Origin: Candidatus Dormiibacterota bacterium
GTDB lineage: Bacteria > Chloroflexota > Dormibacteria > Aeolococcales > Aeolococcaceae
Length of the DNA stretch: 64,000 bases
Assembly: GCA_963751755.1 (NCBI GenBank)
Contig: CAVVVH010000001.1
Location: 35,140 to 99,139 of the forward strand
Direction of reading: 5' to 3'
The position numbers were made by a program, and so were the translations under genes. This document shows, in pieces, positions 37,675 through 49,776 of this stretch. Positions within the stretch are counted from its first letter, which is position 1; each line of letters begins with the position of its first letter. The notes under the pieces are model-generated. The model saw only the letters and a program-made list of their open reading frames with translations, did not search any database and was not told where the DNA came from.

Positions 37675-38800
37675 AGTTCGCCGACGAGTTCCGCGACGCC
37701 GACCTCGCTCATTCCGCTGGCGACGCTGCATCACCGCCGAGGCCGGCGACAGGCACTGGAAGATCATGGAGGTGTGCGGCGGCCACACGCACACCATCTT
37801 CAAGTACGGCATCGAGGACCTGCTGCCCAGCAACGTCGAGCTGGTGCACGGACCCGGGCTGCCCGGTGTGCGTGATCCCGATGGGCCGGCTCGACGACGG
37901 CATCTCGCTGGCCCGCGACCACGACATCATCTTCACGTGCTTCGGCGACCTGATGCGCGTGCCCGGCAGCGATGGCAGCCTGCTCGACGCCAAGGCTGCC
38001 GGCGCCGACGTGCGCATGGTGTACTCGCCGCTCGAACTCGCTGAAGATCGCCCGCGAGAACCCAGACAAGCAGGTTGTGTTCTATGCCATCGGGTTCGAG
38101 ACCACCGCGCCGTCGACAGCGCTGACCCTGCTGCGCGCCAAGGCTGAGGGGATCAAGAACTTCTTCGTGTTCTGCAACCACGTCACCATCATCCCGCCGA
38201 TGAAGGCGATCCTCGACTCACCGGACCTGCGGCTGGACGGCTTCCTCGGCCCTGGTCACGTGTCGACGGTGGTGGGGATCCGCCCCTTCGAGTTCGTCAC
38301 CGCGACGTACGGCAAGCCGGTGGTGGTGGTGGGCTTCGAGCCGCTCGACATCCTCCAGGGTGTGCACATGGTGATCCGCCAGGTGCTGGAGGGCCGCTGC
38401 GAGGTGGAGAACCAGTACACCCGAGTCGTCCACGACGACGGCAACCCCAAGGCGCTCGAGGTGCTCGGCCGGGTGTTCAAGCTGCGGCCTCACTTCGAGT
38501 GGCGCGGGCTCGGCTTCATCAGCCAGAGCGCGCTCGAGCTCAACGACGAGTTCGCGGAGTTCGACGCCGAGCGCGTCTTCACCGTCCCGGGCATCCGCGT
38601 GGCCGATCCCAAGTCGTGCCAGTGCGGCGAGGTGCTCAAGGGCGTGCTGAAGCCGTGGGAGTGCAAGGTGTTCGGCACCGCGTGCACGCCGGAGACGCCG
38701 ATCGGCACCTGCATGGTGTCGTCGGAGGGCGCGTGCGCCGCGTACTACAACTTCGGCCGCTACTCGCGCGCCCGTGACCGCGAGCGCGTGCTCGCCGGTG
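37671..38800 (+). pseudogene. hypD: hydrogenase maturation factor HypD (frame disrupted; end approximate)
   Basis: [32 protein letters not shown] and a C-terminal CQCGEVL...CTPETPIGTCMVSSEGACAAYY. Pieces are in ORFs 37671-38147, 37766-38044 and 37972-39516, so at least 3 frame changes are needed. No in-frame stop precedes hypE. Confidence 0.8.
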
Positions 38801-38835
38801 CGCGAGGAGCTCACGCCGATCGCGGTGCGCGCGGG

Positions 38836-39989
38836 ATGACCGAGACGTCGACACCGCCCGCCGGCAGCGGCGCCGCGGTTCGCGCCGCGGCGGCGCGCAT
38901 CGCCGACCCCGAGCAGCGCGTGCTCGAGCGCATCGCCGAGATCCGCAAACGACGGCCAGCTGCTGCGCGAGACGGCCATCACCATGAGCCACGGCGCCGG
39001 CGGCAAGGCGAGCCACACGCTCACCGGTGCGGTCTTCGCCACCATCCTCGACAACCCCGTGCTCGCGCAGCTCGGCGACCAGGCGCTGCTGCGCGTTCCC
39101 GGCCTCGAGGGCGCCCAGGTGGCCATGACCACCGACAGCTTCGTGGTCAGCCCGCTCTTCTTCCCGGGCGGGGACATCGGCGAGCTGGCCATCAACGGCA
39201 CCGTCAACGACCTCGCCGTCGGCGGCGCGGTGCCACTGGCCGTGTCGGCCGCGTTCATCCTCGAGGAGGGGCTCGACATCGCGCGTGCTGCGCCGGGTCG
39301 TCGAGTCGATGCGCCGTGCCGCCGACACGGCCGGGGTCAGCGTCGTCACCGGCGACACCAAGGTGGTGCCGCGCGGCAAGGCCGACCAGCTCTTCATCAC
39401 CACCACCGGGCATCGGCCTGGTCGACCGAGCCCGGCCGGCTGCGGCATCGACCGCGTCACCGCCGGCGACGCCGTGCTGCTCAGCGGGGCGATGGGCAAC
39501 CACGGCGCCACGGTGATGCTGGCCCGCGGCGACGTCGACCTCGAGGCCGACACGCTCGCCAGCGACACCATGGCGCTGAACGGCCTCACCGGCGCGCTGC
39601 TCGACGCCGGCATCGACGTGCACTTCATGCGCGACGCCACCCGTGGCGGCGTGGCGACCGTGCTCAACGAGATCGCGCAGCAGGCCGGCCTCGCGGTGGC
39701 CATCGACGAGGACGCGCTGCCGGTGCACGACGTGGTGCGCGGCGTCGCCGAGATCCTCGGCATCGACCCGCTGTACATCGCCAACGAGGGCAAGCTCGTC
39801 GCCATGGTCGGCGCCCAGGACGCGCAACGGGCGCTGGCGCTGATGCGCTCGCGGCCCGAGGGTCAGGAGGCGGCGATCATCGGCGAGGTGCGCGCCGAGC
39901 CGGAGGGAATGGTGTTCATCCGGACCGGGTTCGGCGGCACGCGCGTGGTCGACATGCTCATCGGGGATCCGCTGCCGCGGATCTGCTGA
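38836..39989 (+). pseudogene. hypE: hydrogenase maturation factor HypE (frame disrupted)
   Basis: MSHGAGGK, AIR-synthase-like core and the C-terminal PRIC motif. Pieces are in ORFs 37972-39516, 38984-40981 and 39285-39989, so at least 4 frame changes are needed. Confidence 0.85.
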
Positions 39990-40348
39990 GCGCCGGGAAC
40001 CGCTGCTCGGGCCCGGCGTCGTCTGGCGCGGCCGGCCCGAGGTGGGCCACCACCGTCCACGGGCCTCCGGGTGAGCCGAGGACGGGGCTGTCGTCGTCGC
40101 CCCGGGCGGATCGTCCGACGGAGCGTCGACGCCGCGCGGGCGATCATGCAGGCGACGGTCAGACCGGCCATGACCAAGGCGATCACCACCCCGTTGGGGA
40201 CGGAGACGTACAGCGGCGCCGCGGTGATCTCGCCGATGAGGACGAAGGCGCCGATGGTGGCGATGAGGACGGCCGCCGGCGCCAGCCAGAAGCGAGCCGG
40301 GCGTCCGGCGTCGTCGAGGCCGACCATCTTCTCCAGGGCGCGGAGCAC
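39863..40348 (-). CDS. possible small two-TM membrane protein (weak call)
   Basis: The N-terminal ~75 aa (WLAPAAVLIATIGAFVLIGEI...VVIALVMAGLTVACMIA) look like two TM helices. The rest is Arg/Pro-rich and overlaps the hypE 3' end, so the true stop is unknown. Confidence 0.3.
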   Translation of the reverse strand: MLRALEKMVGLDDAGRPARFWLAPAAVLIATIGAFVLIGEITAAPLYVSVPNGVVIALVMAGLTVACMIARAASTLRRTIRPGRRRQPRPRLTRRPVDGGGPPRAGRARRRRARAAVPGAQQIRGSGSPMSMSTTRVPPNPVRMNTIPSGSARTSPMIAAS

Positions 40349-40441
40349 CGTGCCGATTGTACGGACCGGTCGCGGGCCACGCCAAGCACCGCGGCGTCGC
40401 CCGCGCCGATCCGCGCGGCGGCGCGTTCCTATAGTGCGGCT

Positions 40442-43400
40442 GTGAACTGCGCGAACTGCGGCGCCGAGAACCGCGTCGGCGGGAGGTTCTGCGACGAATG
40501 CGGCACGCCGCTGGCCGTGACCTGCGCCGTCTGCGGGAACGCGCTGCGCCCGCAGGCGCGGTTCTGCGACGAGTGCGGGGCGCCCACCGCCGCCGCATCA
40601 GGCACGCGTTCCGGCACGCCGCACTGGAGCAGTGGTGACGCCGGGGGCGGAGCGACGCCACGTGTCGGTGGTCTTCGCCGACCTGGTCGGCTTCACCGCG
40701 CTGGCCGCCGGCCGCGATCCCGAGGAGGTGCGCGAGCTGCTGACGCGCTACTTCGACGCCAGCCGCGAGATCGTGCGCCGCTACGGCGGTGTCGTCGAGA
40801 AGTTCATCGGCGACGCGGTGATGGCGGTGTGGGGTGCGCCCGACCGCGCACGAGGACGACGCCGAGCGCGCGGTGCGCGCGGCGCTGGACCTCACCGACA
40901 TGGTGGACGCGATGGGTGCGGAGATGGGCATCAGCGGCCTGCAGGCGCGCGCCGGCGTCCTCACCGGGGAGGCGGCGGTGACCCTCGGCGCCGACGGGCA
41001 GGGCATGGTGGCCGGCGACCTCGTCAACACCGCGTCGCGGATCCAGTCGGCCGCCGCGCCCGGCGCGGTGCTCGTCGGCGAGTCGACGCGGCGGCTCACC
41101 GAGGCTGCGCTCACCTACGAGGACGCCGGTGTCCACGTGCTGAAGGGCAAGCCGGAGCCGCAGCGGCTGTGGCGCGCGGTCCGGGTGGTCGCGCTGCGCG
41201 GCGGCGTGCAGAAGTCGGCCGCGCTCGAGCCACCGTTCACCGGCCGCGAGCGCGAGCTCCGCCTGGTCAAGGACCTCTTCCACGCCAGCGCGGAGGACCA
41301 GCGCGCCCACCTCGTGTCGCTGGTGGGCATCCCCGGCATCGGCAAGTCGCGGCTGGCCTGGGAGTTCATCAAGTACATGGACGGCCTTGCCGACACGATC
41401 AACTGGCAGCGCGGCCGGTGCCTCGCGTACGGCGAGGGGGTCACCTACTTCGCGCTGGCCGAGATCGTGCGCATGCGCGCCGGCATCGTCGAGGGCGAGG
41501 AGCCGGCGTCGGCGCTCGCCAAGCTGCAGGCGACGCTCGACGAGTACGTCCCCGACGAGGCGGAGCGCCACTGGATGGAGCCGCGTCTCGCCCACCTGGT
41601 CGGGCTCGAGGGCAGGGTGTCGGCGGATCCCAGCGAGCTGTTCAGCGCCTGGCGGCTCTTCTTCGAGCGCCTCGCCGACGCTGTATCCCACCGTCCTTCT
41701 GGTCGAGGACATCCAGTGGGCGGACCAGTCGCTGCTCGACTTTCATCGAGTACCTCATGGAGTGGTCCAAGGGGCACCGGCTGTTCGTGCTGACCATCGC
41801 CCGGCCCGAGCTGGTCGAGCGCCGCCCGACCTGGGGGGTGGGCAAGCGCAACTTCACGTCGCTGTACCTCGAGCCGCTGCCACGGCCACGCCATGGAGGA
41901 GCTGCTCTCCGGGCTGGTCCCCGGCCTCCCGGCCGACCTCAGCGAGCGCATCCTGGAGCGCGCGGCCGGCATCCCTCTGTACGCGGTGGAGACCATCCGC
42001 ATGCTGATGGACCGCGGCCTGCTGGCCCGCGACGGCGACCTCTACACGCTGACCGGCTCGGTCGACGAGCTCGACGTCCCCGAGACGCTGCACGCGCTCA
42101 TCGCCGCCCGGCTCGACGGCCTGCCCCCGGGTGCGCGCCAGGTGCTCCAGCACGCGGCGGTGCTCGGCAAGATGTTCACCGCCGAGTCGGTGAGCGCGGT
42201 CAGCGGCCGCCCGCTCGAGGAGGTCGAGACGGACGCTGCGCGAGCTGCTGCGCATGGAGATGCTCTCCGTGCAGTCGGAGGCGCGCTCGCCCGAGCGCGG
42301 CCAGTACGGGTTCATGCAGGACCTGGTGCGCACCGTGGCCTACGACACCCTCTCGCGTCGCGACCGCAAGACCTTGCACCTCGCCGCCGCCGAGTGGTTC
42401 GAGCGAAATTGGAGCTCCGAGGACGCCGAGATCGTCGAGGTGCTGGCCTCACATTTCCTCGAGGCATACCGGCTGGCCCCGGATGACGACGACGCCGCGG
42501 CCGTTCGCGACCGGGCGTCCGGCGTGCTGGTGGACGCGGCCGAGCACGCCGCCGGCCTCGCCGCCACCGCCGAGGCGCAGCACTACTACGAGCAGGCGAT
42601 CGCGCTGGTCGATTCCGCCGCGGAGCAGGCGCGCCTCCACGAGCAGGCCGGCGCGATGGCCTGGCTGCGCGGCCAGGCAGGACGAGGCGGCGACGCACTT
42701 CACCACCGCCATCGCGCTCTTCGAGAGCGCCCGGATGAGCCACGCGGCGGCACGCGTCATCGCCCGGCTCGGCGAGATCGAGGCCACCACCGGCGCGGTC
42801 ACCGAGGCGATCCAGCGCATGGAGGGCGCGTACGCGGTGCTCGCCGCCGACCCACCCGACGCCGACCTCGCCGCGCTGGCCGCGCAGCTGGCGCGCTGGC
42901 ACGCCATGGTCGGAGAGTTCGACATCGTCCGCGGAGCGCGCGCGCGCGGCGGTGAATGCCGCCGAGGCATTGCAGCAGCACGACGTCATCTCCCAGGCAC
43001 TCAACACCCAGGCCAGCAATCGCGCTGTCGCGCGGCAACCGCGAGGAGAGCCTGGCGCTGTACACGCACGCGCTGCGCGTCGCGCTCGAGCACGACGTCT
43101 CCTCGGCGGCGCTGCGCGCCTACAACAACCTCGCGTCCCTGCAGGCGGCGGTGGACAACTGGACGGAGTCGCTGCGCTTCGCGCGTGACGGGCTCGCGCT
43201 GGCGCGCCGCGTGGGCGACAGGCTGTGGGAGTACATGCTCATCGGTGAGACCAGCGGCGCGCTCTTCGTCACCGGCGGCTGGGACGAGGCGGCGGCGCTG
43301 ATCGAGCCCATCCCGAGCGAGGACACGTCCAGCCTGGCCGACATCTCCGAGGTCACCGGGGTCCGCGCGCTGCTGGACGTCCACCGCGGCAACCTGGCCG

Positions 43401-43996
43401 CCGCGGAACGGCACCTCGACGATGTCAGCTTCCTCGGCGGATTCGCCCGACGCGCAGGGACGCAGTCTCTACTGGGCTGCCCGCGCGGCGGTCGCTGCAC
43501 GCGTCCGGTCGTCTCGACGAGGCGCTCGCCGCGGGACGCCGCGGCATGCAGGACGAGGTGTCGACGATCCCGTCACTGTGGATCAAGGAGGCTTCGCCGT
43601 CGCCGCGGCGGCCGCGCTCGAGCTCGGCGACCTCGCCACCGTCGATGAGCTGCTCGCGCTGGGTGGACGCGCTGCCCCCGGGCCGCCGGCCACCCGCGCT
43701 GGTTGCCCACGCGTCGCGCGTCCGCGGCCGGCTGGCCGCTCGCGCGCAGGACGCCGAGGCCGTCGACCGCGAGTACGGCCGCGCCATCGGGCTCGTTCAC
43801 CTCGATGGCCGGCGTCGTTCTGGGCGGCGGCGGCGCGCGTCGAGTGGGCGGAGCTGCTCAGTCGCGCGCGGCGCGACCGCAGATGCGGCGGCGGTCGCCG
43901 CGCAGGCGCGCCGCGACGCTGGCGGTCGCTGGGCGCCACGCCGTGGCTCGACCGGCTGCACGGCGCTGGTCGCCGTCGCTCGAGGCCGCGTCGTGA
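40442..43996 (+). pseudogene. double zinc-ribbon + class III adenylate cyclase + AAA/STAND ATPase + TPR regulator (heavily frame disrupted; end approximate)
   Basis: VNCANCGAEN..FCDECG x2, cyclase (VVFADLVGFT...FIGDAVMAVWGAP), P-loop GIPGIGKSRLA, Walker B LLVEDIQWAD, then helical TPR-like repeats. The gene is reassembled from about 12 ORF pieces, so at least 10 frame changes are needed. Confidence 0.75.
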
Positions 43997-44010
43997 CGCG
44001 CTCGGCGCGA

Positions 44011-44769
44011 TCAGCGGCCGTTGCCGGTGGACCGTGCCCGTTGGTGCGCCCGCGACGACCCGCGAGGGCGCCAGTCCAGCTCGGTCTTGATGGCGGCGTA
44101 GCACTCGCAGGCCACCTCCTCGAGGCCCTCGCGGTCGACGATGGTCAGCCGGCCGCGGTGGTAGCGGATCAGGCCCGCCGCCTGGAGGATCCCGGCCGAC
44201 AGCGTCACCGTGGCGCGGCGGCGAGCCGAGCATCTGTCCGAGGAACTCGTGGGTGATGGAGAACTCGTCGACGCCGACCCGGTCGTGGCTCATCAGCAGC
44301 CAGCGGCTCAGCCGCTCCTCGTTGGTGTGCAGGCGGTTGCACGCCGCCGCCTGCGCGATCTGGCCGAACAGGGCAGGAACGTACCGGTCGTACATGTCGC
44401 GCAGCGACCGCGTTGCGCGACAGCTCGCGCGAGGAACGCGGCGGCCGGAATCAGGAGCCCGGCGCCGCGCACCTGGCAGATGGCCCGCACGGCGAGGGTT
44501 CCGCCGGCGATCAGCGGCACGCCCACCACGCCCTCGTTGCCGATGGTGGCCACCTCGACGATGGACCCATCCTCGAGCGGCGGTCACCAGCGAGATCGAC
44601 GCCGTCGAGCGGGAAGTACACGCCCTCGACCGGCTTCCCCGGTTCGAAGAGCACGGTCTTCACCTCGAGCTCGACGTACCTGGCGATGGCGACGACGCCG
44701 CTCGCGGTCGGCGGCCGGCATCGCCCCGAGAAGCCGGTTGTCAGTCGCTTCGCGTCGTTTGCCTGCCAT
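44011..44769 (-). pseudogene. Crp/Fnr-family transcriptional regulator (frame disrupted)
   Basis: NRLLGAMPAADRER, LFEPGKPVEGVYFPLDG, EVATIGNEGVVGVPL and a C-terminal HTH LSAGILQAAGLIRYHRGRLTIVD. Pieces are in ORFs 44584-44769, 44511-44813, 44308-44553, 43583-44587 and 44011-44208. Confidence 0.75.
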
Positions 44770-45061
44770 CCCGAAACCTGTGACCGCTCCCGGTCGGGGA
44801 GCCGTCGTGCCATCCGCCTGCGCCGATTATATTCGCGCCGCGTCCGGACGACCGACGGCGCCGACGCGGTGTCAGAGCTCAGGTCGGCGTGTGTCTGGCA
44901 GCGTGCCGACAGCGTCGGCGCCGGCGCGCGCGCATGATGCGGGCGGCGGCGGTGGGGAAGGCCTCACGTCCGCACCCAGGTGCCCTCCATCCGGCAGCGC
45001 GATCTCACCAGCGGCGGTCGCGCTGCCACACTCACCCCGTCGATGTCACTGTGCGACGCGG

Positions 45062-46560
45062 GTGAAGGTCGGCGAGCGTGCCCTGTTCGCCGGGTGCACG
45101 CCGGAGGTGGCCGCCGGCCCTGACGGCCGGATCCTCGCGGTCGGGGCCGGTGCCCGCGAGGCGGCCGGTCCGCGACGCCGACGGTGCACGAGCTGTCGGG
45201 CCGCGCCCACCCTGGCTTCGGCGACGCCCACCTCCACCTGGAGTGGATGGCGCTGTCCGCCGCCGGCGTCGACCTCGCCGGCATCGGCACCCGCGCGCAG
45301 ACGCTGGCGCGGCTCGCCGCCTTCGCCCGCGGCGCGGCCGGCGGACGCCTGGATCCATGGCACCGGGTGGTGCAACGACGACTGGACCGACGACGCGCGC
45401 GCGCTGACGCGAGCCGAGCTCGACGCGGCCGGCGACGGCAGGCCGGTGCTGCTGGTGCGCCGCGACGGGCACTCGGCGTGCCTCAGCTCGGCCGCGCTCG
45501 CACGCCGCCGGCATCTCGCGCGACACGCCCGACCCGCGCGGCGGTGTCATCGATCGCGACGGCTCCGGCGAGCCCACGGGGATGGTGCGCGAGGAGGCGT
45601 GCAACGTGGCCCGTCGCGCGCGTCCCGCCGCCGCCGGACAGCACGAATTCGACGCTGCGCTCGAGTCGGTGCTGCACGGCCTGGCGCGGCACGGGCCTCA
45701 CCGCCGTGCACACCATGGATGGCCCGCGGCTGTTCCGCAGCCTGCAGCGCTTGCACAGAGATCGGCGCCTGCCCATCCGCGTCGTCTGGAACCTGCCCGT
45801 CGAGCAGCTGCGGCGCGGCCAGGCGCTCGGGCTCAGCTCGGGTCTCGGCGACGCCTGGCTGCGCATCTGGGGCGTGAAGGTGTTCCTCGACGGCTCCCTG
45901 GGCAGCCGAACAGCGGAGATGCTCGACGGCGGCGGCGTGGCGGTGACCGCCCAGGATGACCTCGTCGACATCGTCAGGCGCTGCGCCGCGGCGCACCTCA
46001 ACGTCTGCCTGCACGCGATCGGCGACGGTGCAGTGCGGCGCGCGCTCGACGCGCTCGAGCCACTGCGCGGGCGCGTGGCCGATGTGGCGTCCGCGCGTCG
46101 AGCACGCCCAGTGCGTCGACCCCGCCGACGTCCCGCGCTTCGCGCGCATCGGCGTCATCGCGTCGATGCAGCCGGCGCACGCGGTTGCGGACAGGGTCGT
46201 GGCGGACTCGCAGTGGCCGGAGCGGACGGCGTTCTCCTACGCGTGGGGTGCGCTGCAGCGAGTCCGGCGCCACGCTCGCGTTCGGCTCCGACGCGCCGGT
46301 CGAGGACCCGTCCCCGCTGCGCGGCATCGAGGCCGCCACGACGTGGCGCGCCCGTGCCGGCTGGCACCCGAGCTGGCGCTGCGCCGAGCGGCGGCGGTCC
46401 GCGCCTACACGCTCGGGCGTCGCGTATGCGGCGGGCATGGAGGCCGAGGTCGGCGCGCTCCGCGCGGGCATGCGCTGCGACCTGACCGTGGTCGCGCGCG
46501 ACCGGGTCACCGCCACTGTCGTCGACGGGCCGTGTCGCCTGGCGTGCCCCGCCGCGCTGA
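45062..46560 (+). pseudogene. amidohydrolase-3 family metal-dependent hydrolase (frame disrupted; ends approximate)
   Basis: PGFGDAHLHLEW, GVKVFLDGSLGSRTA, CLHAIGDGA, RVEHAQ and LAFGSDAPVEDPSPL. Several frame changes are needed across ORFs 44210-45877, 45184-46485, 45956-46762 and 46185-46832. Confidence 0.75.
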
Positions 46561-46589
46561 GCCGCCCGGGCATCCTCACGACGCCGTGG

Positions 46590-48198
46590 CTTGGACCTCC
46601 GAGCGCGAGCCGTTGGTGGAAGTCCGTCGGCCGACACCGGGGCGGCGAACAACCAACCCTGCCCACGGTCACACCCGAAACCGCGCAGCTGCACCAGCTG
46701 CTCCTCGGTCTCGACGCCCTCGGCGACCACCGAGAGCCCCAGCGCATGAGCCAGGCCGATGATCGACGCGACGATCGACGGAGCTCCGCTCGTCGGCCGC
46801 CATCCTGGCCACGAAGGAGCGGTCGATCTTGAGGAAGTCGAGCGGAAAGTCCTGGAGGTAGGAGAGCGCGGAGAAGCCCTTGCCGAAGTCGTCCAGCCCG
46901 ATGTGCACGCCGATGGACGCGGAGCTCGGCCAGCGAGGCGACCGCGGAGTGCGACGTCTGCATCAGCACGTGCTCGGTGACCTCGATGCTCAGGTCGCTG
47001 CCGTCCAGCCCCGCCCTGTCGCAGCGCGACGGCGAGCCGCGCGGTGAAGTCGGGGTCGGCCAGCTCGCGGGCGGTCAGGTTGACGGCCATGCGCTGCATG
47101 TGCGGCGACGGCGAGCCGTCCCTCCAGCGCACCAGCTCGCCCATGGCGCTGCCCCGCACCCATTCGTCCATGACCGGGAGCAGGCCCGTCTCCGCGGCGA
47201 CCCCGAGGAAGTGCGTCGGGCCCCAGCCGGCCGTGCTCGACATCGTCGATGCGCAGCAGGGCCTCGGCCTCGACGGTCGTGGCCGGTGGCGAGCTCGATG
47301 ATCGGCTGGTACTCCACCACCAGCCGGCCATCGGCGAGGGCGCGCCGCAGGACGCGCTCGGTGCCCAGCCGCTCGACCGCGCGCACCTGGAGCGTGGCGC
47401 CGAAGACCTCGTGGCGGTTGCGACCCCGGTCCTTGGCGCGGTACATGGCCATGTCGGCCTCACGGAGCAGGTCGGTGGTGACGCTGTCGGCCTGCGAGGT
47501 GACCGCCACGCCGACGCTGACCGTGGCCACCACCTCCTCCTTGCCGATCCGGTAGGGGACGCGCAGGCCGGTCACCACGCGGTCGGCGAAGTTGGCTGAG
47601 GTCGGCGGGGTCGGCGAGGCCCTGCACCAGCAGCACGAACTCGTCGCCGCCGAAGCGCGCCACGGTGTCGTCGGGACGGGCGAGGTGCTGGAGGCGGCGC
47701 GCCGCCTCGACGAGCACGGCGTCGCCCACCTGGTGGCCGAGCGTGTCGTTGATCACCTTGAAGTGGTCGAGGTCGAGCATCAGGACGCCGATGAACCCGT
47801 GGCTGCGCTTGAGGCCGCGCAGGCCCTGGTTCAGGCGGTCGCGTCAGCAGGGTGCGGTTGGCCAGCCCGGTGAGGGCGTCGGTGAGGGCGAGGCGTTCGA
47901 TGGTCGCCTGCGCGTCCTTGAGCTGGCCGATCTCGCGCATCAGCGCCTGCGTCTCGGCCACCACACCACTGAGCGACTCGTGGATCGCCTTGCTCTTGGT
48001 CTCGAGCTTGGCGTAGCCGCGGTCCTTGCCGGGATGCAGGCGCGGGCGCCCGACGAGCTCGCCCTCCGTCGCACGCACGGGTTGCTGAGTCGGTCGCCTT
48101 GCGTGGCCTCGCGGCCATGGGGACCTGCTGGTGACACCGGCCATGGGCGTGGCCCGGTACAGGGCCGGTGCAGGACCTACCGGGCGGATCGCCTGCAC
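46590..48198 (-). pseudogene. GGDEF-EAL (diguanylate cyclase/phosphodiesterase) protein (frame disrupted; 3' end approximate)
   Basis: [58 protein letters not shown] and [10 protein letters not shown]. Pieces are on at least 5 minus-strand ORFs. Confidence 0.75.
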
Positions 48199-48373
48199 AT
48201 TGTTGGTCCAACGCGTCGAACGGTCTGTACGCCGCCGTACCGGGTCATCCCGTCCTCGAGAACGCCAGACTCGCCGCGTGCATGCGGTGGGTAGCCGCCC
48301 ACTGCGTCTACGTCGGACCCGTATACGTTCTCAACCGTCTGGTGCTCGGCGTCTACGAGATCTGCGAACCGGT

Positions 48374-48625
48374 GTGAGCGAGGATCCCCGCGCGGGCGGG
48401 TCCAGCCCCGCAGCATGGGGGTCACTGTCGCGGCGTGAGCGTCAGGTGCTCCAGCAGATGATGGCCGGCCACAGCACCCAGGCGATGGCGGTGAACCTCG
48501 GCACGAGCATCTCCACCGTGCGCAGCCAGATCGGTGGGGTGCTGCGCAAGTTGGGCGTGCACTCTCAGCGCGAGGCCATATCGCTGGCTTTCCGAAGCGG
48601 GTGGTCAGCCGACGACGGGCGCTGA
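48374..48625 (+). CDS. small LuxR-family HTH protein (start uncertain)
   Basis: LSRRERQVLQQMMAGHSTQAMAVNLGTSISTVRSQIGGVLRKLG. This may be the C-terminus of a longer disrupted gene. Confidence 0.5.
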   Translation: MSEDPRAGGSSPAAWGSLSRRERQVLQQMMAGHSTQAMAVNLGTSISTVRSQIGGVLRKLGVHSQREAISLAFRSGWSADDGR

Positions 48626-48735
48626 TCGCGGCGCCGACGGCCCGCCGCGGGCGCGAGCTAACGTCCCTGACGATGCACTTGTGGGGTGAGGTGAGCGGAG
48701 ACGGCGGCCTGCGACAGCACGTGGCCTGAGCAGCG

Positions 48736-49776
48736 ATGAGGGCGCTCCAGTTCGACGCGTATGGCGGTGTCCTCGCTGTCGTCGATGTCCCCTCGCCGTC
48801 GTGCTCCGCGGACGGCGCTGTGGTGGAGGTGCGGGCCACCGGACTGTGCCGGTCCGACTGGCACGCATGGCGCGGCCACGAGGAGGTGGCGCTGCCGCAC
48901 ATCCCCGGGCACGAGTTCGCCGGGGTGGTCGTCGCTGTGGGGGAGGAGGTGCGGTCGTGGTCCGCGGGCGACCGGGTCACGGCGCCGTTCGTCCTCGGCT
49001 GTGGCACATGTGAGTACTGCCGCGGCGGGTGACGCGCAGGTCTGCCCCGACCAGCGTCAGCCCGGGTTCACCGGTCCCGGCTCCTTCGCCGAGCAGGTCG
49101 CCGTGGAGCGCGCCGACTTCAACCTGGTCGCCCTGCCCCCGGAGCTCGGCTTCGAGGCCGCCGCGTCGCTGGGCTGCCGCTTCGCCACCGCTTTTCGCGC
49201 CGTGACCGTCGCACGGCCGGGTCGCCGCCGGCGACTGGGTCGCGGTGTTCGGCTGTGGCGGGCTGGGGCTGGCCGCGGTGATGATCGCCGCGGCGCTGGG
49301 GGCCCGCGTGGTCGCCGTCGACGTCTCAGGGGCAGCGCTGGCGAGGGCCGCCGCGCTGGGCGCCGTCGCTGACCGTCGACGCCACTGAGCACGACGGACC
49401 CGGCCGCGGCGGTGCGCGCCGCCACCGGCGGCGGGGCGCACGTGTCGCTGGACGCCATCGGCCGCGCTGACGCGATGGCGTCGCGCGATGGGATCGCTGC
49501 GCCGCCGCGGCCGCCACGTCCAGGTGGGGCTGCTCCACGGCACCGACGCCAACGCCTGCGCTGCCCATGGCGCGGCTGATCGCCGAGGAGCTCGAGATCC
49601 ACGGCTCGCACGGGATGGCGGCGCGGGACTACCCGGCGATGCTCGAGCTGGTCACGTCGGGCGCGCTGCGCCCGGAGCGGCTGATCGGCGCGGTCATCGA
49701 CCTCGACGCCGCGCCGGCGGCGATGGCCGCCATGGGCGACGGCGGCGCGGACGGCATCACGGTGATCGTCCCCTAG
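48736..49776 (+). pseudogene. zinc-dependent alcohol dehydrogenase (MDR family; frame disrupted)
   Basis: [16 protein letters not shown], structural-Zn CGTCEYC and [10 protein letters not shown]. An in-frame stop sits at 49030 and at least 4 frame changes are needed. Confidence 0.75.

Noticed and set aside
38984-41114. 665-aa plus-strand and 619-aa minus-strand ORFs spanning hypE to the cyclase regulator
   Set aside because: These are chimeric open frames. The plus ORF contains a genuine HypE fragment at its start and the zinc-ribbon fragment at its end, joined by out-of-frame read-through. The minus ORF is an antisense shadow.
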